Of a stretch of DNA of 64,000 nt, positions 52,542 to 61,395 are shown piece after piece (position 1 is the stretch's first letter; each line of letters begins with the position of its first letter). The DNA comes from Desulfobacterales bacterium (GTDB lineage Bacteria > Desulfobacterota > Desulfobacteria > Desulfobacterales > JALSRD01), in the NCBI GenBank assembly GCA_026984935.1, contig JALSRD010000035.1, forward strand, positions 32,000-95,999. Reading direction: 5' to 3'. Both the position numbers and the translations under genes were made by a program. The notes beneath the pieces are model-generated. The model was not told the origin of the DNA. It searched no databases and was given only the letters and a program-made list of their open reading frames with translations.

Positions 52542-54131
52542 ATGCGCAAGATGCTGTTGAACCTGACCGTTGCAGCTGCCGTTGCAGTCCTGATGCTGAC
52601 GTCGTGGCCGTCACCGGCGCAGGCCAAAACCTTCAGATGGGCCTTTCAGGGCGACCTGCAGTCCCTGGATCCACACTCGCTGAACGAAACCTTCCTGATC
52701 GGATTTCTGGGAAACGTGTACGAAGGGCTCGTACGGCGCGGCCCCGACCTGAAGATCGAGCCTGCACTGGCCAAAAGCTGGCAGATTATGGAGCCCACCC
52801 GCTGGCGGTTTCACCTGCGCAGAAATGTCAAGTTTCACAACGGCGACACATTCAACGCCGACGACGTCATTTTTTCCTACCAGCGTGCCCTGTCGGAAGG
52901 CTCGGATTTTAAAACCCGGGTTTCGACGGTCAAGAAAATGGTCAAGGTCGACGACTACACCGTCGACGTGATCACCAAGGCCCCCAACCCAATCCTGATT
53001 TCGGAGTGGAGCAGCTGGTATATCATGGACAAAAAGTGGTGTGAAAAACACGGTGCCACGGAATCAACCAATATCAAGTCCGGCAAGGAAAATTATGCCA
53101 CGCGCCATGAAAACGGCACCGGCCCCTTTATCGTGACCGAGCGCCAGAAGGACGTCAAAACCGTCCTGAAACCGTTTGCCGGCTGGTGGGACAAGCCGCG
53201 CCACAACCTGACCGAAGTGATCTTCACGCCCATTTCCTCGGATGCCACCCGCGTGGCGGCGCTGCTCTCCGGGCAGGTGGACATGATGTACCCGGTGCCG
53301 GTACAGGACATCAAACGCGTGGACAAGCATCCCGGCACTTCGGTCCTGGTGGGCCCCGAGCTGCGCACCATCTTTCTGGGAATGAACCAGACTGACAAGG
53401 CGCTGCCCTGTTCCAACCTCAAGGACAGAAACCCGCTGAAAGATGTGCGCGTCCGCAAGGCACTGTACCAGGCCATCGACATCAAAGCCATTCAGAAAAA
53501 AATCATGCGCGGCCTGTCCACGCCTTCGGCGCTGATGATTTCGCCGAAACTGTTCCCGGCCTACGCCAAGGACTTCAAACGCTACCCCTACGACCCCGCC
53601 GCATCCAAAAAGCTCTTGGCCGAAGCGGGCTATCCCAATGGCTTCAGCATGTGCATGGATTCCCCCAACAACCGCTACGTCAACGACGAGCAGATCGCCC
53701 AGGCGGTGGTTTCCATGCTGGCCAAGGTCGGCGTCAAGGTCAACCTGAAGGCCCAGCCCAAGGCCCAGTATTTCAAGAAGGTGCTCTCCTACGACACCGA
53801 GTTTTATCTGCTGGGATGGACGCCGTCGAGCTTTGACTCCTGGAACGTCCTTTACAACCTGATCGATACGCGCGAAAAGAGCGGCCGCGGCAAATTCAAC
53901 CTGGGCGGCTACTCCAACCCTGCAATCGACGCCCTGACCGATAAAATCCTCAGCGAAACCAACATCGCCAAACGTGACAAGATGATCAAGAAAGCCTATG
54001 CGCTCCTGCATCAGGACGTGGGGTACATCCCGCTGCACCAGCAATCCCTGGCCTGGGGCAAGAAGGACAATATCGACCTGGTCCAGCGCGCCGACAACCA
54101 GTTCATGCTGTTTTATGTCAATGTAAAATAG
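52542..54131 (+). CDS. ABC transporter substrate-binding protein, family 5 (peptide/nickel/opine type, DppA/OppA-like)
   Basis: ATG 52542 follows a GGAGG RBS. Signal peptide MRKMLLNLTVAAAVAVLMLTSWPSPAQA. The mature protein begins KTFRWAFQGDLQSLDPHSLNE… and has typical SBP_bac_5 blocks (RNVKFHNGDTFNADDVIFS, GTGPFIV). Confidence 0.92.
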   Translation: MRKMLLNLTVAAAVAVLMLTSWPSPAQAKTFRWAFQGDLQSLDPHSLNETFLIGFLGNVYEGLVRRGPDLKIEPALAKSWQIMEPTRWRFHLRRNVKFHNGDTFNADDVIFSYQRALSEGSDFKTRVSTVKKMVKVDDYTVDVITKAPNPILISEWSSWYIMDKKWCEKHGATESTNIKSGKENYATRHENGTGPFIVTERQKDVKTVLKPFAGWWDKPRHNLTEVIFTPISSDATRVAALLSGQVDMMYPVPVQDIKRVDKHPGTSVLVGPELRTIFLGMNQTDKALPCSNLKDRNPLKDVRVRKALYQAIDIKAIQKKIMRGLSTPSALMISPKLFPAYAKDFKRYPYDPAASKKLLAEAGYPNGFSMCMDSPNNRYVNDEQIAQAVVSMLAKVGVKVNLKAQPKAQYFKKVLSYDTEFYLLGWTPSSFDSWNVLYNLIDTREKSGRGKFNLGGYSNPAIDALTDKILSETNIAKRDKMIKKAYALLHQDVGYIPLHQQSLAWGKKDNIDLVQRADNQFMLFYVNVK

Positions 54132-54143
54132 GGGCAAACTTCC

Positions 54144-54202
54144 GGCAGATGGTGCAGGACGCTCAAAAGGCGTCATTCCCGACCGCGTCCTGCGCATCTG
54201 CC
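54144..54202 (+). other. long intercistronic stem-loop between the binding-protein and permease genes
   Basis: ggcagatggtgcaggacgc (54144-54162) pairs with gcgtcctgcgcatctgcc (54185-54202), with two central mismatches. An alternative inner pairing is gacgc/gcgtc (54158-54175). Confidence 0.5.
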
Positions 54203-54292
54203 TGCCGCCGGCACACGGTGCCCGCAGCACTTGCCGGAAATGTGTGACACCCGGCGGGTTCGCCTGAAGTTTCGAAGAACAAAACGCAGATC

Positions 54293-55282
54293 ATGACCGC
54301 CTTTATCATCCGCCGCCTGCTCCAGTCGGTATTCGTCATGCTGGTTGTCGCGCTGGTGGCATTCCTGATGTTCAACTACGTCGGCGACCCCGTCAACCAG
54401 ATGGTGGGCATCGACACCTCCTTCGCACAACGTGAACATCTGCGCCAGGAACTGGGCCTCAACGACCCGACCCTGGTCCAGTTCGCCCGTTTCGTGGGCC
54501 ACGCCGTGCGCGGCGACTTCGGGCTGTCTTACCAGCACAAGCGCCCCGTGGCGGACCTGTTCAAGGAGCGCCTCCCCGCCACGCTGGAGCTCTCGTTGGT
54601 GGCGGCCCTGTTTTCCTTGCTGGTGGGCATCCCCATGGGCGTTTACACCGGCCTGAAACCCGACGGCTGGCTGAGCCGCATCTTCATGGCCTTTTCGCTG
54701 GTCGGCGTGTCCCTGCCGACTTTTTTGATCGGGATCCTGCTGATCTTCGTTTTCTCGGTAATCCTCGGCTGGCTGCCCTCTTACGGCCGCGGGACGGTGG
54801 TTGCCATCGGCGGCTGGACCACCGGCCTTTTGACCGTCAGCGGACTGAAGGCTCTGCTGATGCCGGCCGTGACCCTGGGCCTGTTCCAGCTCACACTGAT
54901 CATGCGGCTGGTGCGCTCCGAAATGCTGGAAGTACTGCGTACCGACTACATCAAGTTCGCCCGCGCGCGCGGCCTGACCGACAGGGCCATCAACTTCGGC
55001 CATGCCCTGAAAAACACCCTGGTGCCGGTGATGACCATCACCGGCCTACAGATCGGATCAATCATCGCCTTTGCCATCATCACCGAAACCGTCTTTCAAT
55101 GGCCCGGCATGGGGCTGATGTTCCTGCAGGCCATCCAAAACGTCGACATCCCCATCATGTCGGCCTACCTGATCCTGGTGGCCTTCTTTTTCGTGGTGAT
55201 CAACCTGATCGTGGACATCCTCTACTACGTCGTCGACCCGCGCCTGCGGGTCGATACGGCCAAGGCCAACGGCCATGCCTAG
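54293..55282 (+). CDS. ABC transporter permease (DppB/OppB-like)
   Basis: MTAFIIRRLLQSVFVMLVVALVAFLMF…; EAA-loop region YIKFARARGLTDRAINFGHALKNTLVPV. Binding-protein-dependent transport family. Confidence 0.93.
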   Translation: MTAFIIRRLLQSVFVMLVVALVAFLMFNYVGDPVNQMVGIDTSFAQREHLRQELGLNDPTLVQFARFVGHAVRGDFGLSYQHKRPVADLFKERLPATLELSLVAALFSLLVGIPMGVYTGLKPDGWLSRIFMAFSLVGVSLPTFLIGILLIFVFSVILGWLPSYGRGTVVAIGGWTTGLLTVSGLKALLMPAVTLGLFQLTLIMRLVRSEMLEVLRTDYIKFARARGLTDRAINFGHALKNTLVPVMTITGLQIGSIIAFAIITETVFQWPGMGLMFLQAIQNVDIPIMSAYLILVAFFFVVINLIVDILYYVVDPRLRVDTAKANGHA

Positions 55283-56240
55283 GCCCGACACCGAAACAGC
55301 GGCACCGGCTGCTCCCGCCCGGCATACGACCAATTTCCTGCACCGCCTGGCCGACAGCGACATTTTTTACTCCTTCCGCCATTCACCGGTCACCGTGGCG
55401 GCGGCGATCGTCACGCTGCTGATTATCTTCGGGGCCGTGGCGGCCCCCTGGATCGCACCCCAGAATCCTTTCGACATGGCCAGCCTCGATCTGCTCGACG
55501 CCCACACGCCGCCCTCCTGGGAGGCCGACGGCAATCCCAAGTACCTGCTGGGCACCGACGACCAGGGCCGCGACCTGCTGTCGGCCATTCTCTACGGATC
55601 GCGCATCTCGCTCATGGTCGGTTTTTTCAGCGTCCTGTTTTCCATGGCGGTGGGGGTCAGCCTGGGAGTGGTATCCGGGTACGTCGGCGGCTTTGTCGAC
55701 GCCCTGATCATGCGCATCGCCGAGATCCAGATCAGTTTCCCGGCCATTTTGATCGCGCTTTTGATCGACGGTGTACTGCGCACCCTGATTCCCGAAGCCA
55801 AATCCGAGCAGCTGGCGGACACCGTACTGATCTTTTCCATCGGCATATCCGGCTGGGTGCAGTACGCCCGTACCGTGCGCAGTTCGACGCTGGTGGAGCG
55901 CGGCAGGGAATACGTGCAAGCGGCCCGGGTCATCGGCATCCACCCGCTGATGATCATGGTCCGGCACATTCTGCCCAACGTGATGGGGCCCGTGCTGGTG
56001 ATCGGCACCATTCATCTGGCCGTGGCCATCATCACCGAGGCGACCCTCTCGTTTCTGGGGGTGGGCATACCACCCACCCAGCCCTCGCTGGGAACCCTGA
56101 TCCGCATCGGCAACGACTATCTTTTTTCCGGCGAATGGTGGATCACCATCTTTCCGAGCATCGCGCTGGCCAGTCTGGTGCTGGCGGTGAACCTTCTGGG
56201 AGACTGGATGCGCGACGCGCTCAACCCGAAACTACGCTGA
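55275..56240 (+). CDS. ABC transporter permease (DppC/OppC-like)
   Basis: It overlaps the upstream stop by 8 bp. LGTDDQGRDLLSAILYGSRISL and YVQAARVIGIHPLMIMVRHILPNVMGPV are typical OppC/DppC blocks. Confidence 0.93.
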   Translation: MPRPDTETAAPAAPARHTTNFLHRLADSDIFYSFRHSPVTVAAAIVTLLIIFGAVAAPWIAPQNPFDMASLDLLDAHTPPSWEADGNPKYLLGTDDQGRDLLSAILYGSRISLMVGFFSVLFSMAVGVSLGVVSGYVGGFVDALIMRIAEIQISFPAILIALLIDGVLRTLIPEAKSEQLADTVLIFSIGISGWVQYARTVRSSTLVERGREYVQAARVIGIHPLMIMVRHILPNVMGPVLVIGTIHLAVAIITEATLSFLGVGIPPTQPSLGTLIRIGNDYLFSGEWWITIFPSIALASLVLAVNLLGDWMRDALNPKLR

Positions 56241-57211
56241 TGCCCGGGCCCCTGCTTCAGATCGCGCATCTGCGCATCGCTTTCGATACCCGCCGCGGCA
56301 ACCTGGTGGCCGTGGACGACGTGTCTTTCGATGTCCACCGGGGAGAAGTTTTCGGCATTGTGGGGGAATCCGGCGCGGGCAAGTCCCTGACCGGCCAGGC
56401 CGTCATCGGCCTGCTGGAACCGCCCGGCAGGATCACGGCCGGCCGCATACGTCTCGAAGGCCGGCGCATCGACAACCTGCCCTATGCCCGCATGCGCCGT
56501 CTGCGCGGCAAACAGATCGGCATGATCTTCCAGGATCCGCTCACCAGTTTAAACCCGCTTTACACCATCGGCCGGCAGCTCACGGAAACCATCCTGACAC
56601 ACCGCAACATGAGCCATGCCCAGGCCCGGGAGCATGCCGTCCGCATCCTCTCCGACGTGGGCATCCCGGCCGCCGAAAAACGCATGGAGCACTACCCGCA
56701 CCAGTTTTCCGGCGGCATGCGCCAGCGCGTGGTCATCGCACTGGCGCTGTGCGTCAACCCCAAGCTGGTCATCGCCGATGAACCCACTACGGCCCTGGAT
56801 GTCTCCATCCAGGCCCAGATCATCGCCCTACTGAAACAGCTTTGCGAAAAGCACGCCACCGCCGTGGTGCTGATCACCCACGACATGGGCGTCATCGCCG
56901 AAATCTGCGACCGCGTGGCGGTCATGTACGCCGGGCGCATCGTGGAACTCGGGACGGTGCGGCAGGTGGTGAAACACGCCCGCCACCCCTATGCCAGCGG
57001 ACTGATGGGCGCGATCCCCTCGCTGCGCCACCGGCAGGAGCGCCTCAACCAGATCGAGGGCAGCATGCCGCGCCTGGCCGAAATTCCCGCCGGCTGCGCC
57101 TTTCACCCCCGCTGCCCGGAGGCCTTCGCAAAATGCCGCCGGCGGCGGCCGCACCTGATTGAAATCCAAGGCGCGCAGGTGGCCTGCTGGCTTTACGGGG
57201 AGAAAGCATAA
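56240..57211 (+). CDS. ABC transporter ATP-binding protein (DppD/OppD-like)
   Basis: Walker A GESGAGKS, signature [15 protein letters not shown], Walker [13 protein letters not shown]-terminal oligopeptide-type extension with CAFHPRC. Confidence 0.94.
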   Translation: MPGPLLQIAHLRIAFDTRRGNLVAVDDVSFDVHRGEVFGIVGESGAGKSLTGQAVIGLLEPPGRITAGRIRLEGRRIDNLPYARMRRLRGKQIGMIFQDPLTSLNPLYTIGRQLTETILTHRNMSHAQAREHAVRILSDVGIPAAEKRMEHYPHQFSGGMRQRVVIALALCVNPKLVIADEPTTALDVSIQAQIIALLKQLCEKHATAVVLITHDMGVIAEICDRVAVMYAGRIVELGTVRQVVKHARHPYASGLMGAIPSLRHRQERLNQIEGSMPRLAEIPAGCAFHPRCPEAFAKCRRRRPHLIEIQGAQVACWLYGEKA

Positions 57212-58258
57212 ATGGGGGAGGCCCACCGGCTGCCTGACCTTTCCGGGCCCATCCTGCGGGTCAGCGGCCTGAAACGCTTTTTCGACGTTTCCAGACCGCT
57301 GCTCAACCGCCTGCTGGAAGGCCAGCCACGGCAGCTATTGAAAGCCGTAAACGGCGTCGACTTTGAGATCGGAGAGGGGGAAACCTTTGCCCTGGTGGGA
57401 GAGTCGGGCTGCGGCAAATCCACGGTGGCCAACCTGGCGGCGGGGCTGTACGCCCCCAGCGCCGGGAAAATCGAATTCGAAGGAGTCGATATCGCCACCC
57501 TGAGCCGGCGCCAGATGTCGCCCTACCGCCGGCACCTGGCCATGATCTTCCAGGACCCCTATGCCAGCCTGAATCCCCGCTGGCGCGTGCAGCGCATCGT
57601 CGGCGAACCCATCCGCGCCTTCGGCCTGCTCAGCGACCGGCGGGCCATTGCCCGGCGCACGGCCGAACTGCTGCAGCAGGTGGGGCTGTCGCCCGCAGAC
57701 GGCGAAAAGTACCCCCACGAATTTTCCGGCGGACAGCGCCAACGGATTTCGATCGCCCGGGCGCTGGCCTCACAGCCGCGTTTTATCATCTGCGACGAAC
57801 CGACGTCGGCGCTGGATGTCTCGGTCCAGGCCCAGATACTGAATCTGATGAAGGGCCTTCAGCGCCGCCTGGGGCTATCCTACCTGTTCATTTCCCACGA
57901 CCTGGCCGTGGTGCGCCACATGGCCGACCACATCGGTGTCATGTACCTGGGCCGCCTGTGCGAAAAAGGACCGGCCGATGCCATTTTCAGCCACCCGCGG
58001 CATCCCTACACGCGCATGCTGCTCGACACCATTCCGGACATCGAAATGACCGGGCGCAGGCGCATCCCTGTCAGCGGCGAAATTCCCAACCCCATTGATC
58101 CGCCCATGGGCTGCGCTTTCCATCCGCGCTGCCCGCTGGCGAACCAGCGCTGCCGCCGGGAACGTCCGGAGTTGGCGCCTTTGTCAGGCGGTGCCCTGGC
58201 AGCCTGCCATGCTTCGCTGGCAGGCGCATCCTGGCAGCCGGACGCTCCGCCGGAATAG
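57212..58258 (+). CDS. ABC transporter ATP-binding protein (DppF/OppF-like)
   Basis: Walker [10 protein letters not shown], signature [15 protein letters not shown], Walker [13 protein letters not shown]-terminal CAFHPRCP motif. Confidence 0.94.
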   Translation: MGEAHRLPDLSGPILRVSGLKRFFDVSRPLLNRLLEGQPRQLLKAVNGVDFEIGEGETFALVGESGCGKSTVANLAAGLYAPSAGKIEFEGVDIATLSRRQMSPYRRHLAMIFQDPYASLNPRWRVQRIVGEPIRAFGLLSDRRAIARRTAELLQQVGLSPADGEKYPHEFSGGQRQRISIARALASQPRFIICDEPTSALDVSVQAQILNLMKGLQRRLGLSYLFISHDLAVVRHMADHIGVMYLGRLCEKGPADAIFSHPRHPYTRMLLDTIPDIEMTGRRRIPVSGEIPNPIDPPMGCAFHPRCPLANQRCRRERPELAPLSGGALAACHASLAGASWQPDAPPE

Positions 58259-58266
58259 AACCGGCG

Positions 58267-58476
58267 CTACAGCGCCGCCGGGTAGTTGATTTCCTTGAGG
58301 GTCGCCAGAATCTTTTCACGGGTTGCCGGCGCACTCCAATCCACCGTGACCGACTTGGTCTCCACACTGCCCTCGACGCGCGAAACGCCGTTGACTTCAC
58401 TCAATTCATTCTGAATGGAGGCCGTACAGTGGCCGCACGAAATATTGGGAATGGAAAAAGTCTCGGTTGTCATCAC
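58267..58476 (-). CDS. heavy-metal-associated (HMA) domain protein, CopZ-like metallochaperone
   Basis: 69 aa. FSIPNISCGHCTASIQNEL…VTVDW is a ferredoxin-like HMA fold with a CxxC metal site. Confidence 0.88.
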   Translation of the reverse strand: MMTTETFSIPNISCGHCTASIQNELSEVNGVSRVEGSVETKSVTVDWSAPATREKILATLKEINYPAAL

Positions 58477-58572
58477 AGTTCCTCCTTTTGCCGCCGCGGT
58501 TGAAAATACGCTTTTTCAGGAAAGGGCGCTCGGCCGACCATGCCCCGAATTTAAGCACGCCGGCGATGGTCT

Positions 58573-58929
58573 TCAAGACCTCAGGTCCTTTTTCTTTTGC
58601 TCAAACTCTTCACGGTCGATTTCGCCGCGCGCGTAGCGCTGGGCCAGAATGTCCAGCGCCGTGGCGCGGTTGTCGCCGGAGCGGTCCGGATGGCTGCCGC
58701 GCGTGGATTGCACAAGCCATTTGATCAAAAAGATCACGCCGACGATGAGCAGCAGCCAGAAGATCCACATGAAGATCATCCCCGGCCAGCCCATGCCCCA
58801 ACCCATGCCCCAGGATCCCATCATCCCCGGGCCCATGCGCCAGCCGCCGTAGTTGCCCCACTGGGCAAAAGCCGGCACGCTGGTAGTGAATAGCAAGAGC
58901 AGTGCAGTTGCGATCGTATATAAAACCAT
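58573..58929 (-). CDS. membrane protein with Gly/Met/Trp-rich periplasmic segment and C-terminal SHOCT domain
   Basis: Signal/anchor MVLYTIATALLLLFTTSVPAFA. QWGNYGGWRMGPGMMGSWGMGWGMGWPGM, then TM IFMWIFWLLLIVGVIFLI. C-terminus ALDILAQRYARGEIDREEFEQKKKDL is the SHOCT short oligomerisation motif. Confidence 0.8.
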   Translation of the reverse strand: MVLYTIATALLLLFTTSVPAFAQWGNYGGWRMGPGMMGSWGMGWGMGWPGMIFMWIFWLLLIVGVIFLIKWLVQSTRGSHPDRSGDNRATALDILAQRYARGEIDREEFEQKKKDLRS

Positions 58930-58950
58930 TGGGTGTTCTCCTATTGCGTT

Positions 58951-59736
58951 TTACTGTTTCACAGCCGGCTTCCGGGTGCCGGAATTATCCGGCGCGGGCG
59001 TCCCGCTCCAGGGTCCCATCATACCGCCGCCCCAGCCGCCGTATCCACGGCCCTGGTAACCGGGCCCCATCATGCCCGGACCCATCATCATGCCGGGGCC
59101 CATCATGCCGCCCCAGCCACCGTATCCGTAGCCATGGTAACCCGCTCCCGCCATACCGCAAGCCGCGCCGAACTGCGGGTTAATCCTGCGCATCTCGAAT
59201 ACCTGCTCAAGGTGCATTTTGGCCAGACGGGCACGCAGTCCGGACAACGCCTCCTGAATCTTTATGGCCTGCTTTTCGTCTGGTTTCTCTTTGCTCAGTT
59301 CAATGGACAGCTCCAGCCGTTTCTGGTACATTTTGCGGCGTAGAGCGGCACTTTTTTTCCAAAAATCAGCATGCAGCCGGTTGATTTTTTCCAGATCCTC
59401 TTTGGAAAGCTGCGATCCAGGTCCCCAGCCGCCATACCCGCGGCCCTGCCAACCACCCGGCCCCATCATCATGCCGCCGCCCATCATACCGGGACCCATC
59501 ATGCCGCCGCCCATCATACCGGGACCCATCATGCCGCCGCCCATCATACCGGGACCCATCATACTGCGGCCCATCATACCGCCCCAGCCGCCGTATCCGC
59601 GGCCCTGCCAACCTGGTCCCCCCATCATGTTGCCGCCGCCGTGGGCCCAGACACCGGAGACTCCTGCAATCATCAGGGATGCCAGCAGCATGGTCGCCAG
59701 ACCCGTCATCTTAATACTGATCCGAAAAGCTTTCAT
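58951..59736 (-). CDS. periplasmic Spy/CpxP/ZraP-family protein flanked by Met/Gly-rich repeats (putative heavy-metal stress protein)
   Basis: Signal peptide MKAFRISIKMTGLATMLLASLMIAGVSGVWA. The central helical hairpin LSKEDLEKINRLHADFWKKSAALRRKMYQKRLELSIELSKEKPDEKQAIKIQEALSGLRARLAKMHLEQVFEMRRI is typical of the family. Both flanks consist of GPGMMGGGMM and G(W/Y)QGRGYGGWG repeats. Confidence 0.85.
   Translation of the reverse strand: MKAFRISIKMTGLATMLLASLMIAGVSGVWAHGGGNMMGGPGWQGRGYGGWGGMMGRSMMGPGMMGGGMMGPGMMGGGMMGPGMMGGGMMMGPGGWQGRGYGGWGPGSQLSKEDLEKINRLHADFWKKSAALRRKMYQKRLELSIELSKEKPDEKQAIKIQEALSGLRARLAKMHLEQVFEMRRINPQFGAACGMAGAGYHGYGYGGWGGMMGPGMMMGPGMMGPGYQGRGYGGWGGGMMGPWSGTPAPDNSGTRKPAVKQ
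59461..59580. repeat. 4 x 30-bp tandem repeat inside the Met/Gly-rich gene
   Basis: The unit gggacccatcatgccgccgcccatcatacc is identical at 59491-59520 and 59521-59550. Slightly diverged copies lie at 59461-59490 and 59551-59580. On the - strand it encodes GMMGGGMMGP units. Confidence 0.9.
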
Positions 59737-60047
59737 TTTGTGATTCCTTTCTACCGAAAGATAAAAATTGCCAGAATTCCGTGAATCGTCTTGGCGATAC
59801 ACGGATGCTCTCCCTGGCATTGCGATACATCAAGAAGCGTGCCGAAATCGCCGGATCATGCGGGCCCATATCATATCTTGTTGATATCGATATGTATATT
59901 AAAATTTTACGGCAGTTTTACAGCCAACATAAGGTCTTGCAGCGGGCCGGCAGTCTGGATAAAAAATACCCAACTGATGGGGGGTTAAACACCGCGGGTG
60001 CGTAAAAAATACACATGCAGGCAATGCAGCAAGGTACGGTGAGAAGA

Positions 60048-60965
60048 TCAGGTAAGATGCTGTTTTTGTAGCAGTTGCCGGATATCGTCGATTTTTTCCG
60101 TGGCTGCAGCTTCCCCCAGCTCGAAAAAGCTGTCGTAACAGGAAAAATCGGTCCAGTAAAATTCGTCGACGGCCGGTTCGATCAGGATGTCGCAGCGCTC
60201 CCGGCCGGGCAGGCTCAGGCAGTCCATCATGATGTCCATGACCCGGCTGACCACGTCGACCCCGTCGTCGAAGCGGCATTGTGCGCGGGTATAGCGGCTG
60301 ACATCGACTCCGATGACCGTGTGGGCCCCTTTCTCTCTGGCCGCCGCTGCCGGTACGGGGTCGACAACACCGCCGTCGACCAGCTGCATGTCCTGCCAGC
60401 AAACCGGCGGCATGAAACCGGGCACCGCACAGCTGGCCATCACGGCGGGAATCAGCGGGCCTTCCTGCAGGGTGACTTTATGCCCCGAAATCAGGTCAAC
60501 CGCCGTGGCTGCAAAGGGAATCCGCGTATCCGCAAGGTCGATATCGGTCACATAGGGTTCCACACAGCAGCGGAACTCTTCTTCGGAGAGCAGGGCTTTT
60601 TTGACCAGGAGCATGTTGAAGACAATCTCTTTGGCTGCGATTTCGCCCAGACGGCTCAACAGGTCCGATTTCGGGGTGACATGGTGGGGTATTTTCTCCA
60701 GGATTTTAAAGGCCTCCTGAACCCGGGCATCGGTCTCAAAGACTTCCACCACCCGGTTCCGCAGGCTGTCCGCTTCCGGCAAGATGGCATACGCGGCGCC
60801 GACCAGGGCGCCGATACTGCTGCCCACGATGAGGTCGATTGGGATTTGGGCCTCTTCCAGCACTTTCAAGACTCCAATATGGGACAGGCCGCGTGCGCCA
60901 CCCCCGCCCAGCACCAGTGCCACTTTCCGTCTGTCCGCCATCGTCGTCTCCCCGGGTTCGCTCAT
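60048..60965 (-). CDS. patatin-like phospholipase (RssA-like)
   Basis: VALVLGGGGARGLSHIGVL (oxyanion GGxR), GSSIGA (GxSxG nucleophile), VDGGVVDPVP (catalytic DG). Confidence 0.92.
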   Translation of the reverse strand: MSEPGETTMADRRKVALVLGGGGARGLSHIGVLKVLEEAQIPIDLIVGSSIGALVGAAYAILPEADSLRNRVVEVFETDARVQEAFKILEKIPHHVTPKSDLLSRLGEIAAKEIVFNMLLVKKALLSEEEFRCCVEPYVTDIDLADTRIPFAATAVDLISGHKVTLQEGPLIPAVMASCAVPGFMPPVCWQDMQLVDGGVVDPVPAAAAREKGAHTVIGVDVSRYTRAQCRFDDGVDVVSRVMDIMMDCLSLPGRERCDILIEPAVDEFYWTDFSCYDSFFELGEAAATEKIDDIRQLLQKQHLT

Positions 60966-61395
60966 TTTGAGGATGGTTTTTTTCTACCTGAATTTTGCAA
61001 GCATCGCGTTTGCCGCATATACAAGGCGCAAGGCATGCGGCTGTAACAGGCGGCCGCCCATGCCCTGCAACGCAGCAGATGCGGTGAACTCAGCGCTCCC
61101 GTAAGACAGACAATCTTGAAGTAAAAATGTCTTGCAGTAAAAATGGCAGGTTTCCGAAGATGCCCATTACGTAAAAAACGCCGTCTTTAAGGCAACCATA
61201 AGGTTATAATCCCAAGCGACAGTTTTCAAGATCGTCTGTGCCGGATTCAGGTACTATAACTGCTGCATATCCGGCCGTCAAGCACAACAACTGCCGTAAA
61301 ATGCAGCGCACGCTGCGTCGCCCGGCTTGTGTTTTACAGTTTGCGGTGCTATCAGGAAACGGTTACGCCAACTTCCACCGAACCAGGAGACCGCA

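Noticed and set aside
61000-61015. Weak sigma-54-like element (- strand cGGCAAacgcgaTGCt) upstream of the patatin gene
   Set aside because: The GG/GC spacing is correct, but the flanking consensus is poor (no T before GG, ATGC instead of TTGC). That is too weak to call without TSS data.
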